A DNA stretch of 64,000 nt, from assembly GCA_946965045.2 (NCBI GenBank), contig OX337240.1:2480001-2544000 (forward strand), written 5' to 3'. How positions within the stretch are numbered: position 1 is the stretch's first letter; the number at the start of each line of letters is the position of its first letter. Below, piece by piece: positions 11,771-23,300 of the stretch. The translations under genes were made by a program, and so were the position numbers. The stretch is from Epithemia pelagica. Its lineage: Eukaryota > Protista > Bacillariophyta. The notes under the pieces are model-generated. The model worked only from the letters and a program-made list of their open reading frames with translations, did not search any database and was not told the origin of the DNA.

Positions 11771-12393
11771 TTTTTACAGAAAGTCTAGAGTGGAGAGAAT
11801 TTTGATGCAATTGTTTTACTTTTATGAAACATGTGGAAACTCTCTTTTAAGGAGAATATCCATGGGGAACAATCGCGTTTGGCAGTCCCAGTGGACAAGC
11901 AGCCTCGCAATCATTGTTTTGTTGGAGCAAAACAACCTTTGTAACTACATCAGTTTTTGGAATGGTCACGCAGCAACTTTGGCTTTCAAATCACTTTACA
12001 AATTAGCTTGAAGACTGACTGCTTTTCGAATAACACAATGCCAAGTTTCTGCATCTGGTTCTGGTTGTCATAGTGACTCTCTTCTGCACACATAGGCACG
12101 CTAGTCTATTGACTTTCTAACCCGGATTTGTCGCGTCGCACTTTTGTGTCCATTTTTTGTGTCTCTTGAAGTTTGTTGTGGGGTGGAATCCGTTCCGCTT
12201 TTTGATACTATTTGATGAAGATTCTCGAGATGCCCCACTGTGGTCACACCTGAACGCGACTATTACAAGACCCATAAAATAACAACATAGATGAATCATA
12301 ACGGACGCTCGAGAAGAAGGGAAAAGATATTGAGGATGCGACCCACACTTACAATAGCCCCAACCAGACAAGATTCCACAGAAAACAAGCACC

Positions 12394-13311
12394 ATGGCGA
12401 TTTTGGACTTTGCCGTTCGGCCCGACAATGAGCCTCCTCCCTACCAACACTGGTTCATCTTGGGTGGACGGTTGAGCAGTCACATTGTCTTGATGAGTGC
12501 GGTGATTACGGTCTTTCATGTCTATTGCTTTCGAGAATGGAACTTTGCCTGGGGATTTTGTTTTTATATTTTTGTGTTGCAATTCATTGGTTTGTATGCC
12601 GACGCGGTGGTGAGCAATAGTTTTGGCAAGAATATTCAAAATTTGCGGCGGGCAGGCTTTACCGATGCCTGGATTTTGGGTGTCATGGAATTCAATACCG
12701 TGGGATCTCAATTGTTGGGCTATCTCATTATGACTGTCATTGTCGACGATCCCAATGTTTGTACGTGGGCCTACGTGCAAGAACATGCGAATTGGTCCCT
12801 CTTGGGCAAGGTGGTGGTGAATTTGTTGGTGGCCGAAGTCTTGTTTGGATTGGGACATGGTCTCATGCATACGAATGAAAGCTTGATGAAACTCCATGTC
12901 ATGCATCATTGTTCGACTGTTCCTTCTTGGAATACCAATACCTTGTTTCATCCAATCGATTTGGCCATTGAATTTGGCGGTCCCGCCACTGGTTTGTTGG
13001 CCTTGCATTATACCCTTTGGCAACAAGATCAATTGGCCTTGGCGGTCACCTATGTGATTTTTCAATTGTGGTATGCCTACGATCACGACGAAAATTTGGG
13101 CTTGTATCATATTCGGCATCATACGCACTGTGACAGCTTGTACGTGATTTATTCCAATGTCAAATCCAATGCCAAACACAACAAACTCAAGGGTTACATG
13201 AAAGATCAATTGTCCCTGGTGTGGCCGCAGAGTACTCGACAGAGCAGTGTCGTTGTCGTGCCCAACAAGAATGGCAGTGGCAACACGGCGTCCCTTGAGA
13301 AACGCGATTGA
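12394..13311 (+). CDS. Fatty acid hydroxylase / sterol desaturase superfamily enzyme (copy 2, tandem paralog)
   Basis: His boxes HGLMH, HVMHH, FHPID and HIRHH; colinear with copy 1 from the start Met. Confidence 0.85.
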   Translation: MAILDFAVRPDNEPPPYQHWFILGGRLSSHIVLMSAVITVFHVYCFREWNFAWGFCFYIFVLQFIGLYADAVVSNSFGKNIQNLRRAGFTDAWILGVMEFNTVGSQLLGYLIMTVIVDDPNVCTWAYVQEHANWSLLGKVVVNLLVAEVLFGLGHGLMHTNESLMKLHVMHHCSTVPSWNTNTLFHPIDLAIEFGGPATGLLALHYTLWQQDQLALAVTYVIFQLWYAYDHDENLGLYHIRHHTHCDSLYVIYSNVKSNAKHNKLKGYMKDQLSLVWPQSTRQSSVVVVPNKNGSGNTASLEKRD

Positions 13312-13853
13312 GAGAGACACATCCTACAAAAGAGCTCTGTTTGGCCAAAGGCAATGGCTCGTCGCGTCGTGTGTGCGGCATGCGGGCTCTAGAGTGTTGT
13401 CATGGACCCTGTCGACAGGACAACAACTGCGAGTATCCCTATAGAGAAGAAGAGACACGTCTAACATTCTAAAAATAATGGACCCAGGGATAGAATGGCC
13501 GAGTAAAATAGACGTAGGGGAACAATAGGATGATCCGCAAAAATGACCGTAGAAGAGTCGTCAGAGTGTGGGTGTTGTCTGGTGTCTATTTGTGTCAATT
13601 TGAGATGATGAGAAAATTGGCCTTCCGTCTTGAAGATATCGCCCGGCGTTTCTGTTCCGATATGACTGCGATGTGAAATGTACACGCTGGCGTGCGCCGT
13701 GACCACTCCCAATCCGAAACGACCTCAAAAGTGACCCATGATGCCGACAGTCATCCGACCATGAAGGTATCCTTCCAATTTCCAGAATGGCGGACTAGAG
13801 CAACTATCATTGATCCAGACAACAGAGCTACAGAATGAACGCCTTATGATCGT

Positions 13854-15617
13854 TTGCTGTTGCTTGTTTGCTGTCGACGAGCCCATCCTGAAGACGTTAC
13901 CAAATCAACCAACGAAACCATCATGGAGGAAGCAACAAGGTGTCGTCCTGCTGCTCCAACGCTTCCTTCCAGTCTATTCCTCACGAGTCGTTCCAAGTGG
14001 TTGCTCCTCGGTGGAGGAACCTTGCTGGTGGCTGTGACACTGTTGAGTGGTTTTTGGCAGAATTCGTACCATCCGGCCGAACCACATCATATTCACCTGC
14101 CAACGCCAACACGGGACGAATCGTCCGTCCTTGGATTCCCACCGCGCTTGCCGTTGGAATGTCAAGCCTTTGTGACACAACCCCCCAAACCAAGTGCCAC
14201 GACACAACAACAACAACTACATGTCTCTTTGGTTCGATCCGGTCCACGATCACGACGACCCATTTTGCAGTTGCATGGTCATGCCACCTTTGTACCCAAT
14301 TTGGAGGACGACCCTCCCTTGTACAATTACACCTGTTTTGCGCTCAAGGCACGCTACAATTGTGCCTTTTCCCCTCCGCATCCCACTCCACTCCAAAATG
14401 CTTCCTCGTCGTCGTCGTCAAAACGTCATGACAAGATTGTCGGACGATTGGCGCATCAATGGAAATTGGTCTTGCAGCAGCAAAAGCAGCCCACCACCAC
14501 CACAACAGCGACAAACACCAACAATACCGACCGCAACTCTGTGTGCGATTTGCGTCATGTGGTCCAACACACAGTGGGAGGCATGCCAGGTGTCGCAACA
14601 TTTCTCTGGCACAACCAACAACGACACTGGACGAAAACGACTGCATCAACCACAACAACAACAGCAACCATGCAATCCATTCGTCCCTCTCCCTCCAAGA
14701 TCATCAACATTTTGATCCTGGGCAATTCCTATTTGCGTCAAGTCTGGGAAAGTATGGCATGTCACTATGCGTCGCACATTACGAATGGATTTTTTCAAAA
14801 TGGTGGTCCGGGCATTGACAAGGCCGCTCGACAAGGACAAGCACAAGATGCCAAAGTCTATCCGCAAGACGTGGGAGAAATGGTACCCTTTTTTGCCCCC
14901 ACTAGCAACCATACGACGACGAATCCCCATACCATTCCCATTTGTCACGGTGCCCTGAAGCAATACCAACACTTTTTTCACCCCAATGCCACCTTGTCCT
15001 CGCAGAGGTTTTCCCCCCAGTGCAATGACAATGTGGCCATGGTGGAATTTGGGAACCGATTGCGGGTCTATTATGTCTTTCAACCCGCTCGCTATGACAA
15101 TTTTACCGCCTTGTTGGTCCACTCCCTCCAATTGGATCCCTCCCAAGTCCATCATGTCGTGTGGAATGGAGGCGGAACTGACAAACTCGAATCAAGGACA
15201 ATGGCAACACCCGGACAGCCGCCAACACCACACAACAACGACACGAACGAAAACGAACCGTGGACATGGAGTCACTACAATTTGGCCAATGCGAAACATG
15301 TGCATCATTTGTTGGAGTCTGCCGGTGTTCCCGTTGCCTCGTGGGAGGAGGAACCAACGGATGCACCACCGTCGTCTCCTCCTCGGACAACCACAACAAC
15401 AACAACGACGAAGACGACCATTACGGATTGGAAACGTGTCTTGCCCTTTGTTCGTCAATTGCAACAACGTCAAGGTCCCAGTTACTATTATTTTGGGGCC
15501 GACAATCCAGGCATGCATCATCCACCCGATGCTCATCCCTGCATGCCGGGTTTGCCCGACGATCAAGTCGCACTCTTGCTCCTCGTCTTGGTGTACCAGT
15601 TGGAATTGGATTTGTAG
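13854..15617 (+). CDS. Type-II membrane PC-esterase / TBL-like (SGNH-fold) putative O-acetyltransferase or esterase
   Basis: N-terminal TM anchor, ILILGNSYLRQ (GDS-like motif) and C-terminal DAHPCMPGLPD, which resembles the TBL DxxH motif DCxHWCLPGxPD. Confidence 0.6.
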   Translation: MLLLVCCRRAHPEDVTKSTNETIMEEATRCRPAAPTLPSSLFLTSRSKWLLLGGGTLLVAVTLLSGFWQNSYHPAEPHHIHLPTPTRDESSVLGFPPRLPLECQAFVTQPPKPSATTQQQQLHVSLVRSGPRSRRPILQLHGHATFVPNLEDDPPLYNYTCFALKARYNCAFSPPHPTPLQNASSSSSSKRHDKIVGRLAHQWKLVLQQQKQPTTTTTATNTNNTDRNSVCDLRHVVQHTVGGMPGVATFLWHNQQRHWTKTTASTTTTTATMQSIRPSPSKIINILILGNSYLRQVWESMACHYASHITNGFFQNGGPGIDKAARQGQAQDAKVYPQDVGEMVPFFAPTSNHTTTNPHTIPICHGALKQYQHFFHPNATLSSQRFSPQCNDNVAMVEFGNRLRVYYVFQPARYDNFTALLVHSLQLDPSQVHHVVWNGGGTDKLESRTMATPGQPPTPHNNDTNENEPWTWSHYNLANAKHVHHLLESAGVPVASWEEEPTDAPPSSPPRTTTTTTTTKTTITDWKRVLPFVRQLQQRQGPSYYYFGADNPGMHHPPDAHPCMPGLPDDQVALLLLVLVYQLELDL

Positions 15618-15845
15618 CAGAAACAAAAAGCCACATGACACGACGAACAATGGGTGCATCGTCCGGGATAATCCGTCCAAAAGACTGGATCGAACCATGG
15701 AAGGAGAGCACCACCAACACCTCTCATGGTGGTGGTGCCTATGACTTGCGCGCATTATGGGTACATGACGTCACGTTTGGCATCAAGTTTGTCGCGGTGT
15801 ATCGTGGCTTCACCATGGCATGCCTTCCGTCAATCTGTCATGGTC

Positions 15846-16200
15846 CATAACTATCTTCGTTTTCTTATCCCTCGCAGAGATCCGTTCTATTCGTTCTATT
15901 TGTTTGATTGCTACGAGGGATAAGAAAAACTCCTTGTCCTTGTGCCACAAAGCCTGATCGTAAAAGGTCCCCTCGTCCTTGCTCTCAGAAGCGCAAGGAG
16001 CGCGCAACAACACCAATCGAGCGAACCGAGTCCCTAGCGCTAGTGACTGACCTAGATCTACCGTTGTAATAGAAATGGAGAGATGAAAATCGTCCAGAAA
16101 AATCCGCCATGGTCAAATTAGTCTGATGGTAACGTTCATTTGCACCAGTGCAATGGTTGAAATTCCACGTGTAAAGCACGGCGTTGGGACCCATAGCATT
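15846..16200. repeat. Dispersed ~360 bp repeat, copy A (copy B at ~36794-37166)
   Basis: Direct repeat sharing long identical blocks, e.g. CTAGATCTACCGTT..TAATAGAAATGGAGAGATGAAAATCGTCCAGAAAAATCCGCCATGGTCAAATTAGTCT. Confidence 0.8.
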
Positions 16201-16534
16201 GGTTCGATTGGGATTCCTGTGAACCGTCGCATTCTCGATCATTGATGTTTGTCACAACGAACCCATGCAACAAGATGCGCACTGACTTTACTGCCATGAC
16301 AGTGCCCCATGGATTTCAGGATTCACCAAGGCAAATCTTGCAGGAGTGGATAGTTTGAAAACAAAAACAGTTACAGTCCAGAGTCAAACCTACACCCCCG
16401 AATGGAAAAGAACCACAACAATGTGTGTGGACACACACATGTTTGTGGTGTTCCGAATACACTATGGGTAGACGAAAGAAAACTAGGTTTCTGGTTGTTT
16501 CCAGAATGGCTAGTATAGTATTATGTTTCTGCAG

Positions 16535-17875
16535 CTACGAGGAGGACCGTGGGGTCATTTTGAGGACTGCTACCATGGCTACGGCAGCCACTGCCGCCGC
16601 AACCACGGTCCACGTGGATGTGAGGCTGTTGGTCGTAGCCTTGGCCTGTGCTGGTTCTTGTTGTTCTTGTTGTTGCAGATAGTCGCGATAGGCTTGCAGG
16701 GCGGCATGATGAGCGCCTCGAATGCCCAAATCTTGCACCAAGACGGCATAGAGAGGAATTCGGTCCAACAAGGGTTGGACACGGCCCTTGTACCGGTACG
16801 ATTGCAAAAAGAGACTGTTGGCTTTCGTCAAGTGATGCAAATTTTTGGGCGTCAAGCCGCCCGTGACAAACAAACCACTCGTGGGAATCCACTTGAGCGC
16901 GGCCGATCCCACTTCTTGTCCATAGGCCTGCAAAAACACGTCCATGGCATACGCACACACGGGACAGTCTTGCGTGTGTTGCGCCACGACCCGACCTTGT
17001 TCGTCACCGGCGTGCAAAAATTCTTGGTAGACGGTTTCGTTGCGTTGCTTGTGAAATGGCTTGTGGTGGACGGCCAAGAAGTGATAGACATTGGCCAATC
17101 CGGTACCGGACACGACGCGTTCGACCGAAATTCGAACATGGGGTTTCGTATTGTCAAATTGGTTGGCCAAGTGTTGGACCATGTCCCATTCCAAGGCATT
17201 GCGGGGGGCATATTCCACATGACCGCCTTCACTGGGAAAACAGGCATAGGAAGAAGAAGAACCGTTGGACGAGGCCGATGGATGGGGCGTCAAGTAACAT
17301 TGGCCCAATCCGGTACCGGCCCCGACACAGACTTTGGGACCCGAGCCCGTTTCAAATTGATCCAAGGTTGGTCCATTCAAGTGATGGACTTCCGACGGTT
17401 GCAAGGTCAAACAGCCATAGCCTTGTGCGACAAAATCATTAATGACCCAACATTGGACCAAACATTGCAAGTGCACGGTACTCGTATTGTCTTGCAGATA
17501 AGGTCCGGAAATGAGTAAATTGCCCAAATTGGTCAAGCGCACTTCCTGATTGGACGACACAAAGCCGGCACTGGCAATGCATGCGACAATCACCGTCGTC
17601 TCGGGAGAGGCTGGTGGAAGTTGGTAGTCTCTCCAACACTGCTGGAAAAAGGGTGTCACAATGCAATTGCAAAAGGCCGATTCTTCTTGCAAGACCGATT
17701 CCGGTTGATATTGCGTCGCATTGCGAAAGGTGTGGGTGCCAATCAATTCCGTAGTAGTACTAGTGCTAGTGTCATCCAAGACGCGATACAAACTCATGCG
17801 ACTGTTGGTCCCACCAATGTCCCCCGTCAACAAAAACACCGTCTTTTTCTTGTTGTTGTTGGAAGACGACGCCAT
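16535..17875 (-). CDS. GLK: Glucokinase, bacterial Glk type, with a hydrophobic C-terminal tail
   Basis: GDIGGTNSR, INDFVAQGYG, GAGTGLG, PSEGGH, SVERVVSG.GL and TGG motifs. Confidence 0.93.
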   Translation of the reverse strand: MASSSNNNKKKTVFLLTGDIGGTNSRMSLYRVLDDTSTSTTTELIGTHTFRNATQYQPESVLQEESAFCNCIVTPFFQQCWRDYQLPPASPETTVIVACIASAGFVSSNQEVRLTNLGNLLISGPYLQDNTSTVHLQCLVQCWVINDFVAQGYGCLTLQPSEVHHLNGPTLDQFETGSGPKVCVGAGTGLGQCYLTPHPSASSNGSSSSYACFPSEGGHVEYAPRNALEWDMVQHLANQFDNTKPHVRISVERVVSGTGLANVYHFLAVHHKPFHKQRNETVYQEFLHAGDEQGRVVAQHTQDCPVCAYAMDVFLQAYGQEVGSAALKWIPTSGLFVTGGLTPKNLHHLTKANSLFLQSYRYKGRVQPLLDRIPLYAVLVQDLGIRGAHHAALQAYRDYLQQQEQQEPAQAKATTNSLTSTWTVVAAAVAAVAMVAVLKMTPRSSS

Positions 17876-18350
17876 GGTGGTGGTGGTGGTGGTGGTGGTT
17901 GATCTTTTGACAGACTTGTTGTTGTTTGTTGTTGTAGATTCGACAGCGAGACAACAACAGGGCGAATCTTTTTTTTGGATCTTGTGTGTCTACAGCTCGC
18001 ACACACACAAAGCGCGATGTTGCGTTGGTGCGACCCGACAATGACCACGATCTACCGTCCGTCCACCATCCGTGTCGCAATGGATTCTACGACATGTCGC
18101 ATCGTGACACCCCCGATCCGATTCCAATAACCCAAAACACCACGTGTTGAACTGCATCCGGGAATTTCTCTTTGGTTTGTTTTGTTTTGTTGTAGTAGAG
18201 TTGTGTCATTTGTTTCCAAAAGACAAGCACGAAACTCTCTGGTCTGCTCCTCGTCGCTGTCGTCGTCGTCGTTGGGTGAAGAGAGAAAACGAGAGAATTG
18301 AACTTGCTGTGCTTCTGCTGCTGCTCCTCCTCCTCATCATCTTCATCACC

Positions 18351-19796
18351 ATGTCGTCGTCGTCTTCTGCTCCGCCGTCGCCTCCCGTCTTGATTGTCAA
18401 GAGTTTGGCCATTCCAGCTCTGTTGAGTGCGATTGCCTGTTATCAATTGCAAGAGCCCTTGAATGCGTTTGCCAGTTACTTTTTTGCCGCTTCGTTGCTC
18501 GATCAAACGGCCGTCTTGGGTTTGATCTTTGCCCTCTTGTTGGGGGTCTTGAGTTTGGCCTTGTCCCTCACCTTGGACGACTCCCACTCGACCAAGGCCA
18601 TGGTCGATCCCTTTGTGGCCACGCCCTTGCCGGCCAAGACGAGCAACAACAATGCCACGATTGTCTATCCCTTGCAAGCCTTGGCCAATGCCACGACGGA
18701 CAAGGAGCGTTTGGACTGCATGTATCCCATGTTGCGCGATGAATTGCTCGCCCATTTGCGCGATTGCAACGAATTGACGGAGGAAGCGGTGGACTGGTGC
18801 CAAGCCATGATGGATTACACCGTGCCCGGTGGCAAGTTGAATCGTGGGACCACCGTCTTGGCCGTCTTAAGGACCTTGCAAGGGGGACAATTGACCGAAT
18901 TACAAACGGCTCAAGCGGCCGTTTGTGGGTGGTCCTTGGAATTGTTGCAAGCCTTTTTCTTGGTGGCGGACGATGTCATGGACGACAGTAAAACGCGACG
19001 AGGACAACCCTGTTGGTTTCGACAACCTCATGTTGGATTGGTGGCTATTAACGATTCCTTTTTGTTGGAATCCTTTGTCTTGACCGTCTTGAAACGACAC
19101 TTTTATCAAGCTTCCTTGTTGGTGGTGGACAATGCCACGGAACGGGTGCGATTGCAAACCTTGTATGCCAGTCTCCTGGATCTCATGATGGATACCATTC
19201 AAAAGACGGAGGTGGGTCAATTGTTGGATTTGACCTCCCAACCGGCCAATGGCAAGATGGATTTGACGCGATTTACCTTGGAACGCTATCAAAGCATTGT
19301 CAAGTACAAGACGGCCTTTTATTCCTTTTATTTGCCCACCGCCATGGGCATGCTCCTGTCCGGCATTGCCGATGCCCAAGCCTATCGGTTGGCCCAAGAC
19401 ATTACCGTACAAATGGGCGAATACTTTCAAATTCAAGATGATTATTTGGATTGTTTTGGCGATCCGGCCGTCATTGGCAAAATTGGGACCGACATTCAAG
19501 AAAACAAGTGCAGTTGGCTCGTCGTACAAGCCTTGGACAAGTGTCCCGTCGACAGTACCGACAAGGGGGCCAAACAGGGCCGCAAAGTCTTGGAACAACA
19601 TTATGGACAATGGAACGATGGCAAAGTCGCCAAGGTGAAGCAATTGTACAAGGAATTGGACTTGCCAGCCGTTTTTGCCAAGTACGAAGAAGCCTCGTAT
19701 CAAGAATTGCAAACCAAAATTGCCCAAGCGGCCCATGTCATGCCCACGGCCGTCTTTGAAGAATTGTTGCACAAAATTTACAAACGATCCAAATAA
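18351..19796 (+). CDS. FPPS: Farnesyl diphosphate synthase with a hydrophobic N-terminal extension
   Basis: PGGKLNRG, first Asp-rich motif FFLVADDVMD..RRGQPCW, YKTAFYSFYLP, second Asp-rich motif FQIQDDYLD, and GKIGTDIQENKCSW. Start placed at MSSSS (18351) within ORF 18144..19796. Confidence 0.95.
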   Translation: MSSSSSAPPSPPVLIVKSLAIPALLSAIACYQLQEPLNAFASYFFAASLLDQTAVLGLIFALLLGVLSLALSLTLDDSHSTKAMVDPFVATPLPAKTSNNNATIVYPLQALANATTDKERLDCMYPMLRDELLAHLRDCNELTEEAVDWCQAMMDYTVPGGKLNRGTTVLAVLRTLQGGQLTELQTAQAAVCGWSLELLQAFFLVADDVMDDSKTRRGQPCWFRQPHVGLVAINDSFLLESFVLTVLKRHFYQASLLVVDNATERVRLQTLYASLLDLMMDTIQKTEVGQLLDLTSQPANGKMDLTRFTLERYQSIVKYKTAFYSFYLPTAMGMLLSGIADAQAYRLAQDITVQMGEYFQIQDDYLDCFGDPAVIGKIGTDIQENKCSWLVVQALDKCPVDSTDKGAKQGRKVLEQHYGQWNDGKVAKVKQLYKELDLPAVFAKYEEASYQELQTKIAQAAHVMPTAVFEELLHKIYKRSK

Positions 19797-20053
19797 CTGC
19801 CTACATTCACCACAACCACCAAACGACAAGGGCGACGAAACTCGCCGAGGCCCTGGGACTGCCGCAATTCCAATTCTATACTACGAGTCATACAACATAG
19901 TTCGTTAACAACCACCAATGTTTTAGAATAGGGAGTTTCCTTGTGTTCTCTATCTATACTTTAGGTAATAGCAACCACAAGACGGTCTGGTTGTTCCAGT
20001 GTTCTTCTTCTTGTTGTGGGTCACGGATCCAAAAGTCTTCTTGTCGCTGTCTC

Positions 20054-20396
20054 TTTTGAAATGTGTGGTGAAATGTCCAACGATTGCCATCGTTCTTCTT
20101 GGAACCCCAGTCGTGAGCCAAATCCAGTCCAGTTCCAAAACACTTAAGTCACGCATGGTTTGGTTCCAACCTACGAAATCGAACCAACATTCGTTGCCAC
20201 GGTCCAATGGCTCTTTGAAATGTGTGGTCAATGTAAAACGATTGCCATATCGTTCCTCTCTCTACTTGGAACCCCAGTCGTGAGCCAAAATCCAGTCGTC
20301 ATTTCCAAAACACAAGTCACGCATTGTTTGTTTCCAAGACCACACCTACGAAATCGAACCAACACACAGACATTCGTTTCCAGGGTCAAATGGCTC
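20054..20396. repeat. Tandem duplication of a ~160-185 bp unit at the inner edge of the right inverted arm
   Basis: TTTGAAATGTGTGGT...TTGGAACCCCAGTCGTGAGCCAAA...ACCTACGAAATCGAACCAACA...AATGGCTC occurs twice (starting ~20054 and ~20214). Confidence 0.8.
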
Positions 20397-23300
20397 CCGC
20401 ATCCTAGGACATACGGAATGGGAAATACATACACGTTATCTCTCTAGTAGATCGACCGACCAGATTATCTCTCTATTCTCAATCTACCTAGGTTTCTTTT
20501 TCTTCTTCGTTGACAAATTGGTGTGGCACACATCACCAACAACACTATACAGAGAGCCCATACAACAAAATGACTCCTTCCTCAAATCCCCTTTTTGCTT
20601 TCGCAATAAAAAATACGCACACAACAACACTACCGTCGTTGTCGTCCACAATTTCACCCCCCGCCTTTCTTATAGGCTTCTTGTAACGTTCTTCTTCTTC
20701 TTCTCATTCTTCTTTTTTACACGGACGTGGTGGCCGTAAATCCCTCCAGGGAGGACGACTCGGAACTGCTGCTACTACTCCAAATGGCACTCATGCCCGA
20801 CGACGACGACAAGGACAGTTTGCGAAGGTGACGAACCGCCATGGCCACACTGGCCAAGACCAACACCATGGCACCCAACACCACGGCCACAATCGATCCC
20901 GTCGTCATCTTGTGGGTGTCACTGGTGGCAGCATTCTGGACAATGGCCGAACCGTCCGTTTCGGTGGGATTCGGTTCCGCATTGTTAGGACCCGATGGTT
21001 CACTGGTGCTCGTGCCGTCCTCACTGTCATTGTCATTCGGACTTGTCGTCCCCTGGTTGTGGTTGTTGTCACTGCCTCCTACATGGCTACCATTGGATGC
21101 AGTGCCATCACTCGTGCTGCCCTGGTGGCCATTGTCCACGACATCATTGCTGCTAATTTCGTCGTAGTCAAAGGACAAGGGATACGAAAAGCCGGTAGTG
21201 GGTGGGTAGGAAAAGGATCCCTCGTCGTCCCAGGATGGAAATGACATGGAGAAATCTCCACCGGGTGGATACGAAAAAGAGAAGCCATCATCATCCGTCC
21301 CAGGATACGACATGGAGAAGGAGATACCGTGCAAACCTTCTCCCAGAGCCCTGCACACGTTGGATTGAATTGAAACATACAAAAGAAGTGTGAGCTTTTT
21401 ATCCGATGCATGTCACGAAAACACAGAATGGAGACCCAAGAATCGCAAATCTGCTGCAACAAGAGACACAAGTTCGGTATCGATCGCGTACCGTTGACGA
21501 TCAGCTTCCATCCGATCCTGTGCTGGGTGGCCTTGCACAGCGGCGGGTCGCAACGAACGATGCTCTTGCAAGACTTTGGCATACTGTTGGAGGCGATGGA
21601 GACTGGTGGGCAACCCTCCCTGTTCCATGGCATGGACGACGGACCGGGAATAAGGAGGCATCCATGCCACAATCATGGTCATGGTGGTGGTATGGAAGAA
21701 GAATGAAATAGATTGCGTCATGTTGTTGTTGTTGTTGTTGTTTTGGTTTGTTGCTAGACAAGTTGTTGTTGTTGTACGCTGTGGTGTTGCCGTCTGGATC
21801 GATGGTCGTTTTGTGAGACCAAGTCCTGGAGGGATGAAAAGAAACTTTGACTCACCGCTGAGCCATGTACTGATGATAAATGTCGATGGATGGCTCAAAC
21901 ATGTCCAGAATGATCAATCATCTACGAATCAATGATACAGTCCACTGCAATCATTCTTGGTGGTCGTCCAATTGCACCCTTGTACCCCCTCCAGAAGAAG
22001 AAGAACAATACGATTCCTCCGACCATTGCTTTGTGTTGATGATGTGAATAGATGGATATACAGCACCAAACAGTATTGACAAAGAGGGTTCCACCACACA
22101 CAACGTGTGGCCCCACGTGTCGTTGCTGCCCCCAGGCAGAACACTTTTCAGGACGAGAATGGATCGAAATAGGTGCGTAGACAAAAGCAGCGTGCATCTA
22201 CAGTGATGGGTTTGGGAAGGGCGGCTCCGATCTCGGTCATGCTGCCACGCATCGTCGTCTTTGCCATGAGATAATCCTGCAAACTCTGTCGATGCACATG
22301 GATTTTTGTTTCCTCTCTTTTTCGTGACCCGAACGATCGACCGTCCGTCCTCGTACGTGGCGGAGTGAGAACTCTCTCGTGTCTCGTGCCCACAAATTTT
22401 TACATTCCAGAAAAATGAGAGTAAGCCATCAGCCATCATGACCATGACACTGCAAGAACAAGCATGGCAGTCGGGCCTTGTCCTTTTGAACGAGACAGCA
22501 GACTGGAATCAAAACGACTGGCCTCCTCTCAAAGGCGGGTGGCGTTACAATCATGCTACGGTCGTACTTGATCACCCCGATACCGAAAACAATAACAACA
22601 ACAACATCAACCAGGGACAAACGGTTATCGTGTTGGGAGGATTCAAGGAAGATTTTACTATTACCAACTCCGTTCTTTTGCTGAATTTAGCAAATTCAAA
22701 CATGCAGTGGCGAGAAGGGACGCCCATGAACAAGATACGCCGTGAACATGCCGCTGTCGTGTGCAACGGAGGCGTCTATGTGATGGGAGGATTCCTTGGA
22801 GGAGCTTTGGATTGTATGGAACGAATTGATTCCAATGATTTGCTGCAATCATTTTCTACGACAAGGAGTTCAAAGAAGAGTCACTGGACGACATTGTCTT
22901 TGCGTTTATTGAGAGGAAGAGACGGATGTTGTGCTGTTGCGGTTCACAATCGATACATTGTGGTAATGGGTGGACAAACCAACATCCGGGGGGAAAACTT
23001 GTCGTCGGTGGATATTATTGATACCCGCAACCACACTCTCACTGCCGCGCCAAGCATGAATGTTCCTCGATCATCGTTTGCGAGTGCAGTCATTGGTCAC
23101 CGCATATTTGTCGTTGGAGGCCACAACAATGACGGCAATCTTGACTCGGTCGAGTATTTGGATTTTGTGAATCATTGTGACAAGGAGGAGACAAACGAGG
23201 ACACGGCTGCTGCAGTCATCTCATTCTCGTCTACTTGGACCACTCATTCTAATTTGGCTCTTTCTGTCCCACCACGTTATTCTTGCGCAGCGGTTGCCGT

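Noticed and set aside
933-19829. Long antisense ORFs (e.g. 12349..13320, 16523..17518, 18900..19829)
   Set aside because: Shadows of real genes on the opposite strand, with no independent motifs.
20054-20396. Repeats resembling a CRISPR array or satellite
   Set aside because: Only two long units with no repeat-spacer pattern or cas genes; the context is eukaryotic.
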